Source: Halioglobus sp. (lineage in GTDB: Bacteria; Pseudomonadota; Gammaproteobacteria; Pseudomonadales; Halieaceae). Taken from it: a stretch of DNA of 64,000 nucleotides. The notes under the pieces were generated by a model. That model was not told the DNA's origin and ran no database searches. It was given only the letters and a program-made list of their open reading frames with translations. The number at the start of each line of letters is the position of its first letter. Positions within the stretch are counted from its first letter, which is position 1. The position numbers and the translations under genes are program-made. Shown in pieces: positions 17,357-26,006 of the stretch. Location: positions 4,376 to 68,375 of the forward strand of contig JBDWQQ010000151.1 of assembly GCA_039986455.1 (NCBI GenBank), read 5' to 3'.

Positions 17357-18970
17357 TCAAGGAACACGCTGGTAGGTGTTGCCGAAGTCGTCGGTGATGA
17401 CCTCGGCTATGCCGTCCACCGTGAGGAGTTCGAAGTCGTCCTTCACAAGGGCCACATGGAATGACCAGCCCTCTGGCAGAACTAGTCTTTGCCCTAACCG
17501 CTGCAGATCAACCAGTTGCTGGTTCCGGTCTTGACCTTGGGTGAAAGACTGCATCCGATAGCGGACACCGTACGGGTCTTCCAATTCGTAGACCTGACGA
17601 CCGGCCACGTAGTGAAACACCGTGTCGCGGCTCACCCTGTTAATTTGGTAAGGCGCCGCTTCACCGATCCCTACCCCCGGGGCTACATCCACGCTGGCAG
17701 CCAGGCGCATGAGGATACCGCCGAAGTTCTCTATCACAGGCGGTCCCGGTGCCATCTCGCTTTCGATGAGATCCAGTACCCAGAAGCGAACCCCGTTGAG
17801 CCCGGCCCCCAGGGCGCCGTAATCGATGGCGACCTGCTCTGCGTCCAGCGCATCCCACAGGTCCTGGGGACAGGTGTTGAGGAGCATCGAGTTATACACG
17901 TCTGCTCGCAGGCCAGTGCTGCCGGGATAGAACAGCAGCATCTCGCAATAGCGAAAATCAAACAGTGGCCCTGTAACCGGCGCGGGCAGTACCGTACCTG
18001 GTACTTCACTGGCATACACCAGAGTGTTCTCCACACCCGCCTCTTTGTATACGAGGGCCTCCTCGGCCTGGGGGTTGAGCGAGAAGGCATTGAGAAAGGC
18101 GTCGCGGCTTGCGTAGCGCACAATCGCCGCCTGCTCCCACTCGACTCTCTCGTTGGTCAGCGTGACCGCTACCGGCATCAGGATATCCGGCAAAGAGTTG
18201 TAACGTAGCAGGGTGGGCAGGATGGCATTGCCATAGACCTCGCTGGCCTCCTCCCCGCTTAAGTCGGTATCGCGTCCGTCGATGAAAGTGGCCTTATCGT
18301 AAAAGTCGATCAGGTTCACCATCCAGAACGGGCTGGGCGCATCGCTGACTACCATGTCAACAACCGCCGCGGTATTGGAATCGAAGCCAGCCCCCTCCCC
18401 GCTTCCCGCGCCGCCGGCACTAGCCAGCAGGGCCAGAGCCTCGTCGTTATCGAGATTCTGCAGCGCCGGATCAAAGTAGCTGCCGCCGGGTTTGATGGGA
18501 AGTAACTCCTCTTCACCGAGCACCCAGGCGTGGTCGTCGCTGGCCGAGGCCAGGGTATTCATCAGGTCGGTGAACGTCGGCGTATCAATGGCGCTGAGCA
18601 GTACCATCATGCTGGGAAATTCAATCACGCGGGTCTGGTTCAGTGAACGATCGCCGACCAACTGGTCGAACACCTGGCTGCGAAAGCGCTCGCTTGCGCC
18701 GATGCTTTCCCACAGGGCGGCGGCCTCCTCTTCGTAGCGCGCAAAAGTCTCGCTGTCGGTGACCGACATCAGTTGCACGAGCGTCACCGGCCTGCCAGTG
18801 TCCGCGTAGTCTAACAGGCCCTGCACGCCGGCCTCGGTGAAATAGGACTGCAGTTCGCCAAACTGCTCAAGCAGCCGATGAGCTTCACTTTTGATGTTGT
18901 CTGAGCTATCGCTGCAACCACTTACCAGTAGCAGGCACAGAACCGCGCCAATCCGCGCAATGGGTTTCAT
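17357..18970 (-). CDS. Lipoprotein of unknown function (537 aa)
   Basis: Lipoprotein signal MKPIARIGAVLCLLLVSGC, long uninterrupted ORF, no family recognised. It is the only minus-strand gene in array 1. Confidence 0.8.
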   Translation of the reverse strand: MKPIARIGAVLCLLLVSGCSDSSDNIKSEAHRLLEQFGELQSYFTEAGVQGLLDYADTGRPVTLVQLMSVTDSETFARYEEEAAALWESIGASERFRSQVFDQLVGDRSLNQTRVIEFPSMMVLLSAIDTPTFTDLMNTLASASDDHAWVLGEEELLPIKPGGSYFDPALQNLDNDEALALLASAGGAGSGEGAGFDSNTAAVVDMVVSDAPSPFWMVNLIDFYDKATFIDGRDTDLSGEEASEVYGNAILPTLLRYNSLPDILMPVAVTLTNERVEWEQAAIVRYASRDAFLNAFSLNPQAEEALVYKEAGVENTLVYASEVPGTVLPAPVTGPLFDFRYCEMLLFYPGSTGLRADVYNSMLLNTCPQDLWDALDAEQVAIDYGALGAGLNGVRFWVLDLIESEMAPGPPVIENFGGILMRLAASVDVAPGVGIGEAAPYQINRVSRDTVFHYVAGRQVYELEDPYGVRYRMQSFTQGQDRNQQLVDLQRLGQRLVLPEGWSFHVALVKDDFELLTVDGIAEVITDDFGNTYQRVP

Positions 18971-19086
18971 GCGTGTTCCTTATCTTTATTAGAATGCGTT
19001 ATGTATAGGGTCGAGTATTGCCAAATAAACTCGCTGATTCTAGCAATTTATGCGAATTTACTTGCCGGCATGAACTGTCGGGCTTT

Positions 19087-19171
19087 TTAACGTTCGCTTT
19101 CGCCTAATAGCGGGCATTACACACTCGGCCACCAAGGTCCGCTTTCGCCCATTTCGAGACATTTGGTTTAC
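19087..19171 (+). repeat. Junction repeat, two hairpin-2-type units in tandem
   Basis: tttaac / gttcgc-tttcgcctaatag-cgggc / attacacactcggccaccaag / gtccgc-tttcgcccatttc-gagac / atttggtttac. Confidence 0.8.
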
Positions 19172-19274
19172 ACTGTGGACGAACCCGAGACGAACAGCAT
19201 TTATCGGTCAATGGGCCTATGAGTCGCGAACTAGGCATTTTTCGATAATCCTCACCCTAGAACCGGAGAGCACA

Positions 19275-20558
19275 ATGATTCGACTACTCTTTTGCCTGCT
19301 AATGGGCATCTCCCTAATTGCATCGGCCGGCACCAGCAGCGTCATTCGAGCAGCGGCGCTGCTAGATGTAGAAAGCGGGCGTATATTGGAGAACCCTGTA
19401 GTTCTGGTAGAGGACGATAAAATCGTCGATATAAATCCCAAAACGCTCCCGGATGACGCTACCAATATCGACCTTCCCGGTATGACATTACTACCAGGTT
19501 TCATGGACGCGCACGTGCACTTGGCGATCTCCGATGCCCAGTTTCGGAAAACACTGCTCACAGAGAATTCCGCCAGTGCTGCTCTGCGCGCGGCACAATC
19601 CGCCAGCGAAACGCTCATGGGCGGATTCACCACGGTTCGCGACCTGGGACAGGTAAATCCCAGCATTGAGCTGATTACTGTTTCGGTTGCTGACGCTATA
19701 GCTAAAGGACAGATCATTGGGCCCGAGGTCATCGCTTCTGGACATTCCATTGGCGTCAACGGCGGCCATGTAGACCCGACCATGGGCTACGCGGAGGGTC
19801 GCTTTGAACGAGACTGGCGCTTTGGTATCGCCGACGGAACCGACGAAGCCACGAAAGCCACTCGATATCAGATCAAACATGGCGCTAAAGTGATAAAGAT
19901 TTCCGCCACTGCGGGTGTACTGTCATTGGAATCCAGTGTTGGCGCGCAACAAATGACGGACCAAGAGATGCGTGCAGTCGTTGAAGAGGCAGCGCGACAC
20001 GGTATGAAAGTGGCTGCCCATGCACATGGTGCCGATGGAATCATGGCAGCCGTACTAGCCGGCGTGGCCTCTATTGAGCACGGCTCAATGATCAATAGTG
20101 ACATCCTTCGCCAGATGAAGAAAAAAGGCACTTACCTTGTGCCCACTACCGGCTTACTGGACACCATAGAGCTGGAGGGGCTGGAGCCCGAAGTGCAGGC
20201 AAAGGCGAACCACATTCTACCGCTAGCCGGCAAAAACCTGCGCGAAGCAATCAAGGCGGGGGCCCTCATTGCGTTGGGGACCGATGCTCCCCTGGTGCCC
20301 CACGGCAAAAATGCTTATGAGTTTCAGGCCATGGTCGAGCGTGGCATGACACCGCTGCAATCAATCCAGTCTGGCACTATTCGAACTGCAGACCTGTTTG
20401 GTCTAGAAGACCGTGGGAAGTTAGCAAAAGGGCTTCGCGCAGACATTGTCGCCGTTCCAGGAAATCCGCTAGAAGACATCACACTGCTTCAACACGTAGG
20501 CTTCGTAATGAAAGCCGGCGTAATCTTTCGCCATGCATCGCCTCCCCCAGCTAACTGA
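19275..20558 (+). CDS. Secreted metal-dependent amidohydrolase family protein
   Basis: Signal peptide, then PGFMDAHVHL, HAHG and GTDAP, typical of the amidohydrolase superfamily. Confidence 0.85.
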   Translation: MIRLLFCLLMGISLIASAGTSSVIRAAALLDVESGRILENPVVLVEDDKIVDINPKTLPDDATNIDLPGMTLLPGFMDAHVHLAISDAQFRKTLLTENSASAALRAAQSASETLMGGFTTVRDLGQVNPSIELITVSVADAIAKGQIIGPEVIASGHSIGVNGGHVDPTMGYAEGRFERDWRFGIADGTDEATKATRYQIKHGAKVIKISATAGVLSLESSVGAQQMTDQEMRAVVEEAARHGMKVAAHAHGADGIMAAVLAGVASIEHGSMINSDILRQMKKKGTYLVPTTGLLDTIELEGLEPEVQAKANHILPLAGKNLREAIKAGALIALGTDAPLVPHGKNAYEFQAMVERGMTPLQSIQSGTIRTADLFGLEDRGKLAKGLRADIVAVPGNPLEDITLLQHVGFVMKAGVIFRHASPPPAN

Positions 20559-20617
20559 TCTATGAACTGCAATTACAACGTTCGCGAACCTAATAAACCC
20601 TACAAAGGATTTAAGCG

Positions 20618-21379
20618 ATGAGTCAATTCAGCTTGAGCGGCAAGACCGCAATCGTAACCGGCGCAAATCGAGGTATTGGGCGAGGCATCGCATTGGCATT
20701 TGCCGAGGCAGGCGCCAATATTTGCATAGCGGGCAGGGACAAGCAGAAAAACGAAGAAGTGCGCATCGAGATTGAACAGCTCGGCGCCTTGGTTATCAGC
20801 CAGTTTTGTGATGTGAACGATAATACGTCAATCAAAGAGACTATTGAGGCCACTGTCGAGGCTTTTGGTGGCTTGAACGTCCTAGTCAACAACGCTGGCA
20901 TTGTCTCGCTAAACAGCGCCGAGGCGGTTTCTGACGACGAGTGGATGTCGGTAATTGATACCAACCTCAATAGCGTATTCAAATTCTCCCGTGCCGCTCA
21001 TGACTCTCTGGTTAAGGCAGGCGGTGGAAAAATCATAAACATTGGCTCCATGTACTCTATTTTCGGAAGTCCACTAGCAGCAAGTTATGCTGCAAGCAAG
21101 GGCGGTGTGGTGCAGTTAACGAAGTCACTTGCGGTTTCTTGGGCTCAAGACAATATTCAAGTTAATGCCATACTGCCTGGCTGGATCGAGACTGATATGA
21201 CAGCTCCAATCGAGACCAATTTGGCTGAAATGCACGCTGGAATCATTGCGCGCACTCCCGCGGGGCGCTTTGGCCTACCCGAGGAAATCGGTGGCACGGC
21301 GGTGTATCTTGCGTCTAGTGCCTCCAACTTTGTCACCGGCCAATCCATTCCAGTTTGCGGCGGCTATAGCATCGCTTAG
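20618..21379 (+). CDS. Short-chain dehydrogenase/reductase (FabG-like)
   Basis: TGANRGIG, NNAG, YAASKGG. Confidence 0.9.
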   Translation: MSQFSLSGKTAIVTGANRGIGRGIALAFAEAGANICIAGRDKQKNEEVRIEIEQLGALVISQFCDVNDNTSIKETIEATVEAFGGLNVLVNNAGIVSLNSAEAVSDDEWMSVIDTNLNSVFKFSRAAHDSLVKAGGGKIINIGSMYSIFGSPLAASYAASKGGVVQLTKSLAVSWAQDNIQVNAILPGWIETDMTAPIETNLAEMHAGIIARTPAGRFGLPEEIGGTAVYLASSASNFVTGQSIPVCGGYSIA

Positions 21380-21577
21380 CAGATTTGCTCAGTTTAGCTA
21401 TGGCTTCTGCATCCGCAGATCTCATTACAATCAGGGACCGAAGCGTCATAAGCGCCAGAAAATGATTCTATTGGAGCGCCGAGCGTTCGTTCGAACATCG
21501 ATAGTAAGACACTGGCAGTTGGCTTGCCGTGAAACCTCCGGCCATCTTAATACGCCAATTTGGGTTACAACCTTGCA

Positions 21578-21763
21578 TCAAGAACTAGAGTGAATGCCGC
21601 TCTCAGTTCTTTGATGATGGCCATTCGCCGCCAACGCTCTCAGCTTTCGCTGCTTACAATTCCTGGCGAATGCTCGAGACGCATCGATAGCGCAGAAAAG
21701 AATAAATGCCGCGACAAAGCTTAAACCGATTAAATGAAAAATAGTTAAAGCAGAGTTCATCAT
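21578..21763 (-). CDS. Hypothetical 61-aa membrane protein
   Basis: ORF with one hydrophobic helix (IFHLIGLSFVAAFILFCAI), overlapping the upstream small ORF by 4 nt. Confidence 0.3.
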   Translation of the reverse strand: MMNSALTIFHLIGLSFVAAFILFCAIDASRAFARNCKQRKLRALAANGHHQRTESGIHSSS

Positions 21764-21957
21764 GCGACTCTCGCCAAAACTGCGGAATCGCGCTCGTAAG
21801 CCGAACTCACAGCCGCCGCGATAATGCGATTGCTTTCCTCCAGTTGGATCTCGAAATCGTCGGGCATCTCACGCGCATACATGCGCAGCAGCTCCCTTCG
21901 CTTTTGAATGGCTTTTCTAACCCGTTCGGCGTTCCTTTCTTGGATTTCAATGTGCAT
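21760..21957 (-). CDS. Hypothetical 65-aa protein
   Basis: ORF only. Its stop overlaps the start of the next small ORF (ATGA). No homology recognised. Confidence 0.3.
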   Translation of the reverse strand: MHIEIQERNAERVRKAIQKRRELLRMYAREMPDDFEIQLEESNRIIAAAVSSAYERDSAVLARVA

Positions 21958-22100
21958 ACACTTCTCCCAACCTGTGCAAACACTTTAGTCATTGCAGCGC
22001 GAGGAGTAGATGGCTGTGGGCGCCAACAGCATGGCCCTGTGCGACAACAGAATCAAAACAAGGTTTGCCGAGACCGGCGAGACATAATTGGCGACATCCA

Positions 22101-22571
22101 CTAGCCGTATCGATGTACAGGCAATACGCCATCTTCCTTGACCGCCAACAAACTGAAGTTCGACTCGATGTTACTCACGCCTGAGAATTTGAGGATGCGC
22201 TGCATCGAAAGCTCAGAAAAATGATCCATATTGCGAGCAACCACTTTTAACAAATAGTCGTGAGAACCGCTCATCGCATGGCACTCCACAATGTGCTCCT
22301 CGGCCTCTACTTCTGCCAGAAAAGTCCGCTGTTTTTTATCGTCTTGTTTATCGAGTGTAATCAACACGAATGCGGTCACCTGTAGGCCGATGGAACGCTG
22401 ATTCACTTGCGCGCGATAGCCTGAAATCACCCCACTCTCTTCTAAATTCCGCACCCTTCGAAAACAAGGCGACTCAGATAAACCGGCTTTCTCCGCCAGA
22501 TCCACGTTCGAAATTCTGCCATCCGTTTGCAGCACCTGCAGAATTTTTACTTCAGCCCTGTCCATGCCCAT
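22101..22571 (-). CDS. Lrp/AsnC family transcriptional regulator
   Basis: 156 aa; ILQVLQTDGRISNVDLAEKAGLSESPCFRRVRNLE plus a RAM domain. Divergent from hppD. Confidence 0.9.
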   Translation of the reverse strand: MGMDRAEVKILQVLQTDGRISNVDLAEKAGLSESPCFRRVRNLEESGVISGYRAQVNQRSIGLQVTAFVLITLDKQDDKKQRTFLAEVEAEEHIVECHAMSGSHDYLLKVVARNMDHFSELSMQRILKFSGVSNIESNFSLLAVKEDGVLPVHRYG

Positions 22572-22715
22572 AGGTGGATTCCTTCTCTATAACTACAAAT
22601 TATGAATAATTCTGCCTTATTATGGCCCATTATCAATATTTTTAGAACAAATGCCTCCCTGCAATCGCAATATCATTTTCCTCATTGCTACTAAAATGAT
22701 ACGAGGCATCGAACA

Positions 22716-23804
22716 ATGGCTGATCTTTTCGAAAACCCTATGGGGCTTAATGGTTTTGAGTTTGTCGAGTACTCCGCTGCCGAACGCGGAATTCTTGAAC
22801 CTGTTTTTACTTCTCTGGGCTTCAGTCACGTGGCTAAACACCGCTCCAAAGACGTAGATCTCTGGCGTCAGGGCGATATTAACTTCATCATCAATTACGA
22901 AAAGAACTCCCCTGCCTACTATTACTGCGAGGAACACGGTCCCTCCGCCTGCGGCATGGCATTTCGTGTCAAAAACGCAAAGCAGGCGTACCAGCGCGCT
23001 CTAGATCAGGGTGCCCAACCCATTGATATTCCAGTAGGCCCAATGGAACTCAAACTGCCCGCAATTCGCGGCATCGGCGGCGCTATTCTCTATCTGATCG
23101 ACCGCTATGAAGAAGGCGCATCTATCTACGACATCGATTTCGATTACCTGGAAGGTGTCGATACGCACCCTGAAGGCTGTGGATTTGAGTTGATCGACCA
23201 CCTGACTCACAACGTCTACCGCGGCCGCATGGATTACTGGGCTAATTACTACGAGAAACTATTTAACTTTCGCGAGATCCGCTATTTCGACATCAAAGGC
23301 GAATACACTGGCCTGAGGTCGCGCGCGATGACAGCGCCGGACGGAAAGATTCGAATCCCGCTGAACGAAGAAGGCGGGGCCAGCGGCGGCGGCCAAATTG
23401 AGGAATACCTCCTTGAGTACAATGGTGAAGGCATTCAGCACATCGCATTCTCCTGCGACGATCTCCCCGCATGCCTGGATAGGCTCAAAGGTCTTGGTAT
23501 GAAATTTATGACCCCTCCCCCCAATACCTATTATGAAATGCTGGAAGAGCGACTTCCGGGGCATGGTGAATCGGTCGATCAGTTACAGTCCCGTGGAATA
23601 CTGTTAGACGGCACCACAGAAAACGGTGAACCCCGGCTGCTACTGCAGATTTTCTCTGAAACAGTAATCGGCCCTATCTTCTTTGAGTTTATTCAACGCA
23701 AGCAGGATGAAGGGTTTGGCGAAGGCAATTTTCAAGCCCTGTTTGAATCAATCGAGCGCGATCAGGTTGCCAAAGGCTCGATCAACACTGATTCAGCGGC
23801 TTAG
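22716..23804 (+). CDS. hppD: 4-hydroxyphenylpyruvate dioxygenase
   Basis: 362 aa; [49 protein letters not shown]. Confidence 0.95.
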   Translation: MADLFENPMGLNGFEFVEYSAAERGILEPVFTSLGFSHVAKHRSKDVDLWRQGDINFIINYEKNSPAYYYCEEHGPSACGMAFRVKNAKQAYQRALDQGAQPIDIPVGPMELKLPAIRGIGGAILYLIDRYEEGASIYDIDFDYLEGVDTHPEGCGFELIDHLTHNVYRGRMDYWANYYEKLFNFREIRYFDIKGEYTGLRSRAMTAPDGKIRIPLNEEGGASGGGQIEEYLLEYNGEGIQHIAFSCDDLPACLDRLKGLGMKFMTPPPNTYYEMLEERLPGHGESVDQLQSRGILLDGTTENGEPRLLLQIFSETVIGPIFFEFIQRKQDEGFGEGNFQALFESIERDQVAKGSINTDSAA

Positions 23805-23806
23805 CG

Positions 23807-24361
23807 ATGAGTAACATAGCGCTTAAGCGCATACACCATGTGGCCTACCGCTGTCGTGATGCCAAAGAAACTGTCGCATTCTACCAGCGCGTTATGGGGA
23901 TGGATTTTTTGCTTGCCATAGCTGAAGACCAGGTGCCCTCGACCAAGGCCCCTGATCCGTACATGCATGTGTTTCTGGATGCAGGCATGGGTAATGTGCT
24001 GGCGTTTTTTGAACTGCCGAATTCGCCGGACATGGGTTTTGATGGCAATACGCCCGATTGGGTTCAGCACATCGCCTTCGAACTGGAATCGATTGACAAA
24101 TTGATGGAAGCAAAAGCGGCGATAATGGCCGAGGGCATTGATGTCATTGGGCCAACCAACCATGGAATATTTCAATCCATTTATTTTCGTGACCCCAATG
24201 GACACCGACTGGAACTCGTGGCCAACAACGCCAGCGAAGAGGAAATAGCAGAACTGTATCGGGTAGCCCCGGCTATGCTTGAGGAGTGGAGCCAAACCAA
24301 AAAAGCGCCCAGGCACGCTGCTTGGCTTCACGAGAAAGAACTCAACGGAGAAAACACATGA
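23807..24361 (+). CDS. VOC (glyoxalase/bleomycin resistance/extradiol dioxygenase) family protein
   Basis: 184 aa with candidate metal ligands in HHVAYRC, QHIAFE and GHRLEL. Coupled to its neighbours (2-nt gap upstream, ATGA overlap downstream). Confidence 0.85.
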   Translation: MSNIALKRIHHVAYRCRDAKETVAFYQRVMGMDFLLAIAEDQVPSTKAPDPYMHVFLDAGMGNVLAFFELPNSPDMGFDGNTPDWVQHIAFELESIDKLMEAKAAIMAEGIDVIGPTNHGIFQSIYFRDPNGHRLELVANNASEEEIAELYRVAPAMLEEWSQTKKAPRHAAWLHEKELNGENT

Positions 24362-25347
24362 AACTTGCAAGCTTGAAGTCAGGGCGAGATGGTCAATTGG
24401 TGGTAGTGTCACGAGACCTGACCCAGGCAGTGGTAGCCGCCGAGGTAGCCTCTACATTACAAGGCGCGCTGGACAACTGGGCCTTGGCAGAGCCTGCGCT
24501 GGAAAAGCTTTACCACTCGCTGAACGATGGCAGCCTTGACAACAGCTTCGATTTTGACAGCGCACAGTGTGCAGCCCCGCTACCTCGGGCATATCACTGG
24601 GCCGATGGAAGCGCATACGTAACGCACGTGGAGTTGGTACGAAAGGCGCGCGGTGCTGAGCTTCCCGATTCATTCTGGACCGACCCCCTAATCTATATGG
24701 GAGCTTCGGACGCCTTTATCGGCCCGCAGGATGATATCGAAGTGGAAAGCGAAGAATGGGGTATCGATTTCGAAGCGGAGGTCGTAGTGATTACCGATGA
24801 TGTGCCCGCCGGGGTCAACCCTGATCAGGCCAAAGAGCACATACGCCTGATAGGCCTGGTAAACGATGTTTCCTTGCGTAATTTAATTCCTGCGGAATTG
24901 GGTAAACAGTTCGGTTTCTACCAGTCTAAGCCGTGGACCAGCTTTACCCCTGTGTTGGTAACGCCCGAAGAGCTGGGCGATGCATGGGACGGCGCAAAGT
25001 TAAGCCTGCCACTGCGTGCAACACTCAATGACACGCTAATAGGCGCCCCTAACGCTGGCATTGATATGACATTCGACTTCCCTACCCTAATTTCCCATTG
25101 CGCGAAGTCACGCTCATTAATGACAGGAACCGTAATTGGTTCAGGTACAGTATCCAATGTGGGCAGCAAAGATGGCTCCTGCTGCCTGGCAGAAGTTCGG
25201 TGTCTTGAAATTCTAGCCAACGGCTCGCCCACGACGCCATTCATGTCGTTTGGCGATCGAATAGAAATTGAGATGATTGATGACAATGGCCTGTCAATCT
25301 TCGGTAAGATTGACCAGCGTGTAAAACAATATCAGCCACCCCACTAG
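24358..25347 (+). CDS. Fumarylacetoacetate hydrolase (FAH) family protein, about 330-aa type
   Basis: MKLASLKSGRDGQLVVVSRDL... Start at the ATG at 24358, overlapping the VOC stop. Confidence 0.9.
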   Translation: MKLASLKSGRDGQLVVVSRDLTQAVVAAEVASTLQGALDNWALAEPALEKLYHSLNDGSLDNSFDFDSAQCAAPLPRAYHWADGSAYVTHVELVRKARGAELPDSFWTDPLIYMGASDAFIGPQDDIEVESEEWGIDFEAEVVVITDDVPAGVNPDQAKEHIRLIGLVNDVSLRNLIPAELGKQFGFYQSKPWTSFTPVLVTPEELGDAWDGAKLSLPLRATLNDTLIGAPNAGIDMTFDFPTLISHCAKSRSLMTGTVIGSGTVSNVGSKDGSCCLAEVRCLEILANGSPTTPFMSFGDRIEIEMIDDNGLSIFGKIDQRVKQYQPPH

Positions 25348-25357
25348 GAAACGCTGC

Positions 25358-26002
25358 ATGAAGCTATACTCTTACTTTCGTTCTTCAGCCGCTTTTAGAG
25401 TACGTATCGCACTGAACCTGAAGGGCCTGAATTTTGACTATCTTCCCATTGACCTGGTGCAGCAGGAGCACAAAAGCCAGGCTTTCATGGCAGAGAACCC
25501 TCAGGGGCTTGTTCCGGCATTAGCGCTGGATAACAACGAAGTGCTGGCGCAATCGGTCGCAATCATAGAATGGCTGGAAGAAATCCATCCTGAACCTGCC
25601 CTACTGCCTCACGACGCTCTAGCACGTGCCCGGGTGAGATCCATGGTAAACAGTATTTGCTGCGACGTTCATCCGCTATGCAATGTGTCGGTTACGAATT
25701 ACATCAAGGATCAGTACAGCGCCGGCGAAGTCGAAACCCTCGACTGGTATACCACCTGGATGCACCGCGGTTTTGCCGCCATCGAGCAGGTGCTGGCGGC
25801 CAATAACACCGTTTACAGTTTTAGTGACGTTCCCTGCATGGCTGATGTATTTCTTGCCCCTCAGCTCTACAACGCCAGACGTTTCGGTATTGTGCTAGAT
25901 CAGTTTCCCCACTTGGTCCGTGTTGTCGACAGCTGCATGCAGCTAGAAGCCTTTTCCAATGGGGCACCCGAGGCCCAACCCGACTTTAATCTTCCCACGT
26001 AA
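25358..26002 (+). CDS. maiA: Maleylacetoacetate isomerase (GST zeta)
   Basis: 214 aa; MKLYSYFRSSAAFRVRIALNLKG, NPQGLVPAL. Confidence 0.9.
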   Translation: MKLYSYFRSSAAFRVRIALNLKGLNFDYLPIDLVQQEHKSQAFMAENPQGLVPALALDNNEVLAQSVAIIEWLEEIHPEPALLPHDALARARVRSMVNSICCDVHPLCNVSVTNYIKDQYSAGEVETLDWYTTWMHRGFAAIEQVLAANNTVYSFSDVPCMADVFLAPQLYNARRFGIVLDQFPHLVRVVDSCMQLEAFSNGAPEAQPDFNLPT

Positions 26003-26006
26003 CGCC

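Larger units (their letters stand above)
12951..19171 (+). mobile_element. Cassette-like gene array 1 (integron/CALIN-like or repeat-colonised island); no recombinase in window
   Basis: Seven + strand ORFs and one - strand ORF separated by nine copies of one repeat family with fixed polarity. Decayed repeat tails further left (9101-9130, 9725-9740, 10177-10189). Confidence 0.5.

Noticed and set aside
17516-18208. 230-aa plus-strand ORF
   Set aside because: It lies entirely antisense to the 537-aa lipoprotein gene in a GC-rich stretch, and its composition is low-complexity and Arg/His/Gly-rich, typical of shadow ORFs.
12951-19171. Could the regularly spaced repeats be a CRISPR array?
   Set aside because: The repeats are imperfect, about 95 bp and composite. 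The sequences between them are 0.4-1.9 kb protein-coding genes with RBSs. No cas genes are present.
19217-19783. 188-aa minus-strand ORF overlapping the amidohydrolase start
   Set aside because: It is antisense to a gene with clear amidohydrolase motifs and a signal peptide, and it is Ser/Arg/Pro-rich, which looks non-protein-like.
23801-24412. 203-aa minus-strand ORF
   Set aside because: It is antisense to the VOC gene and the FAH start within a tightly coupled operon. A shadow ORF.
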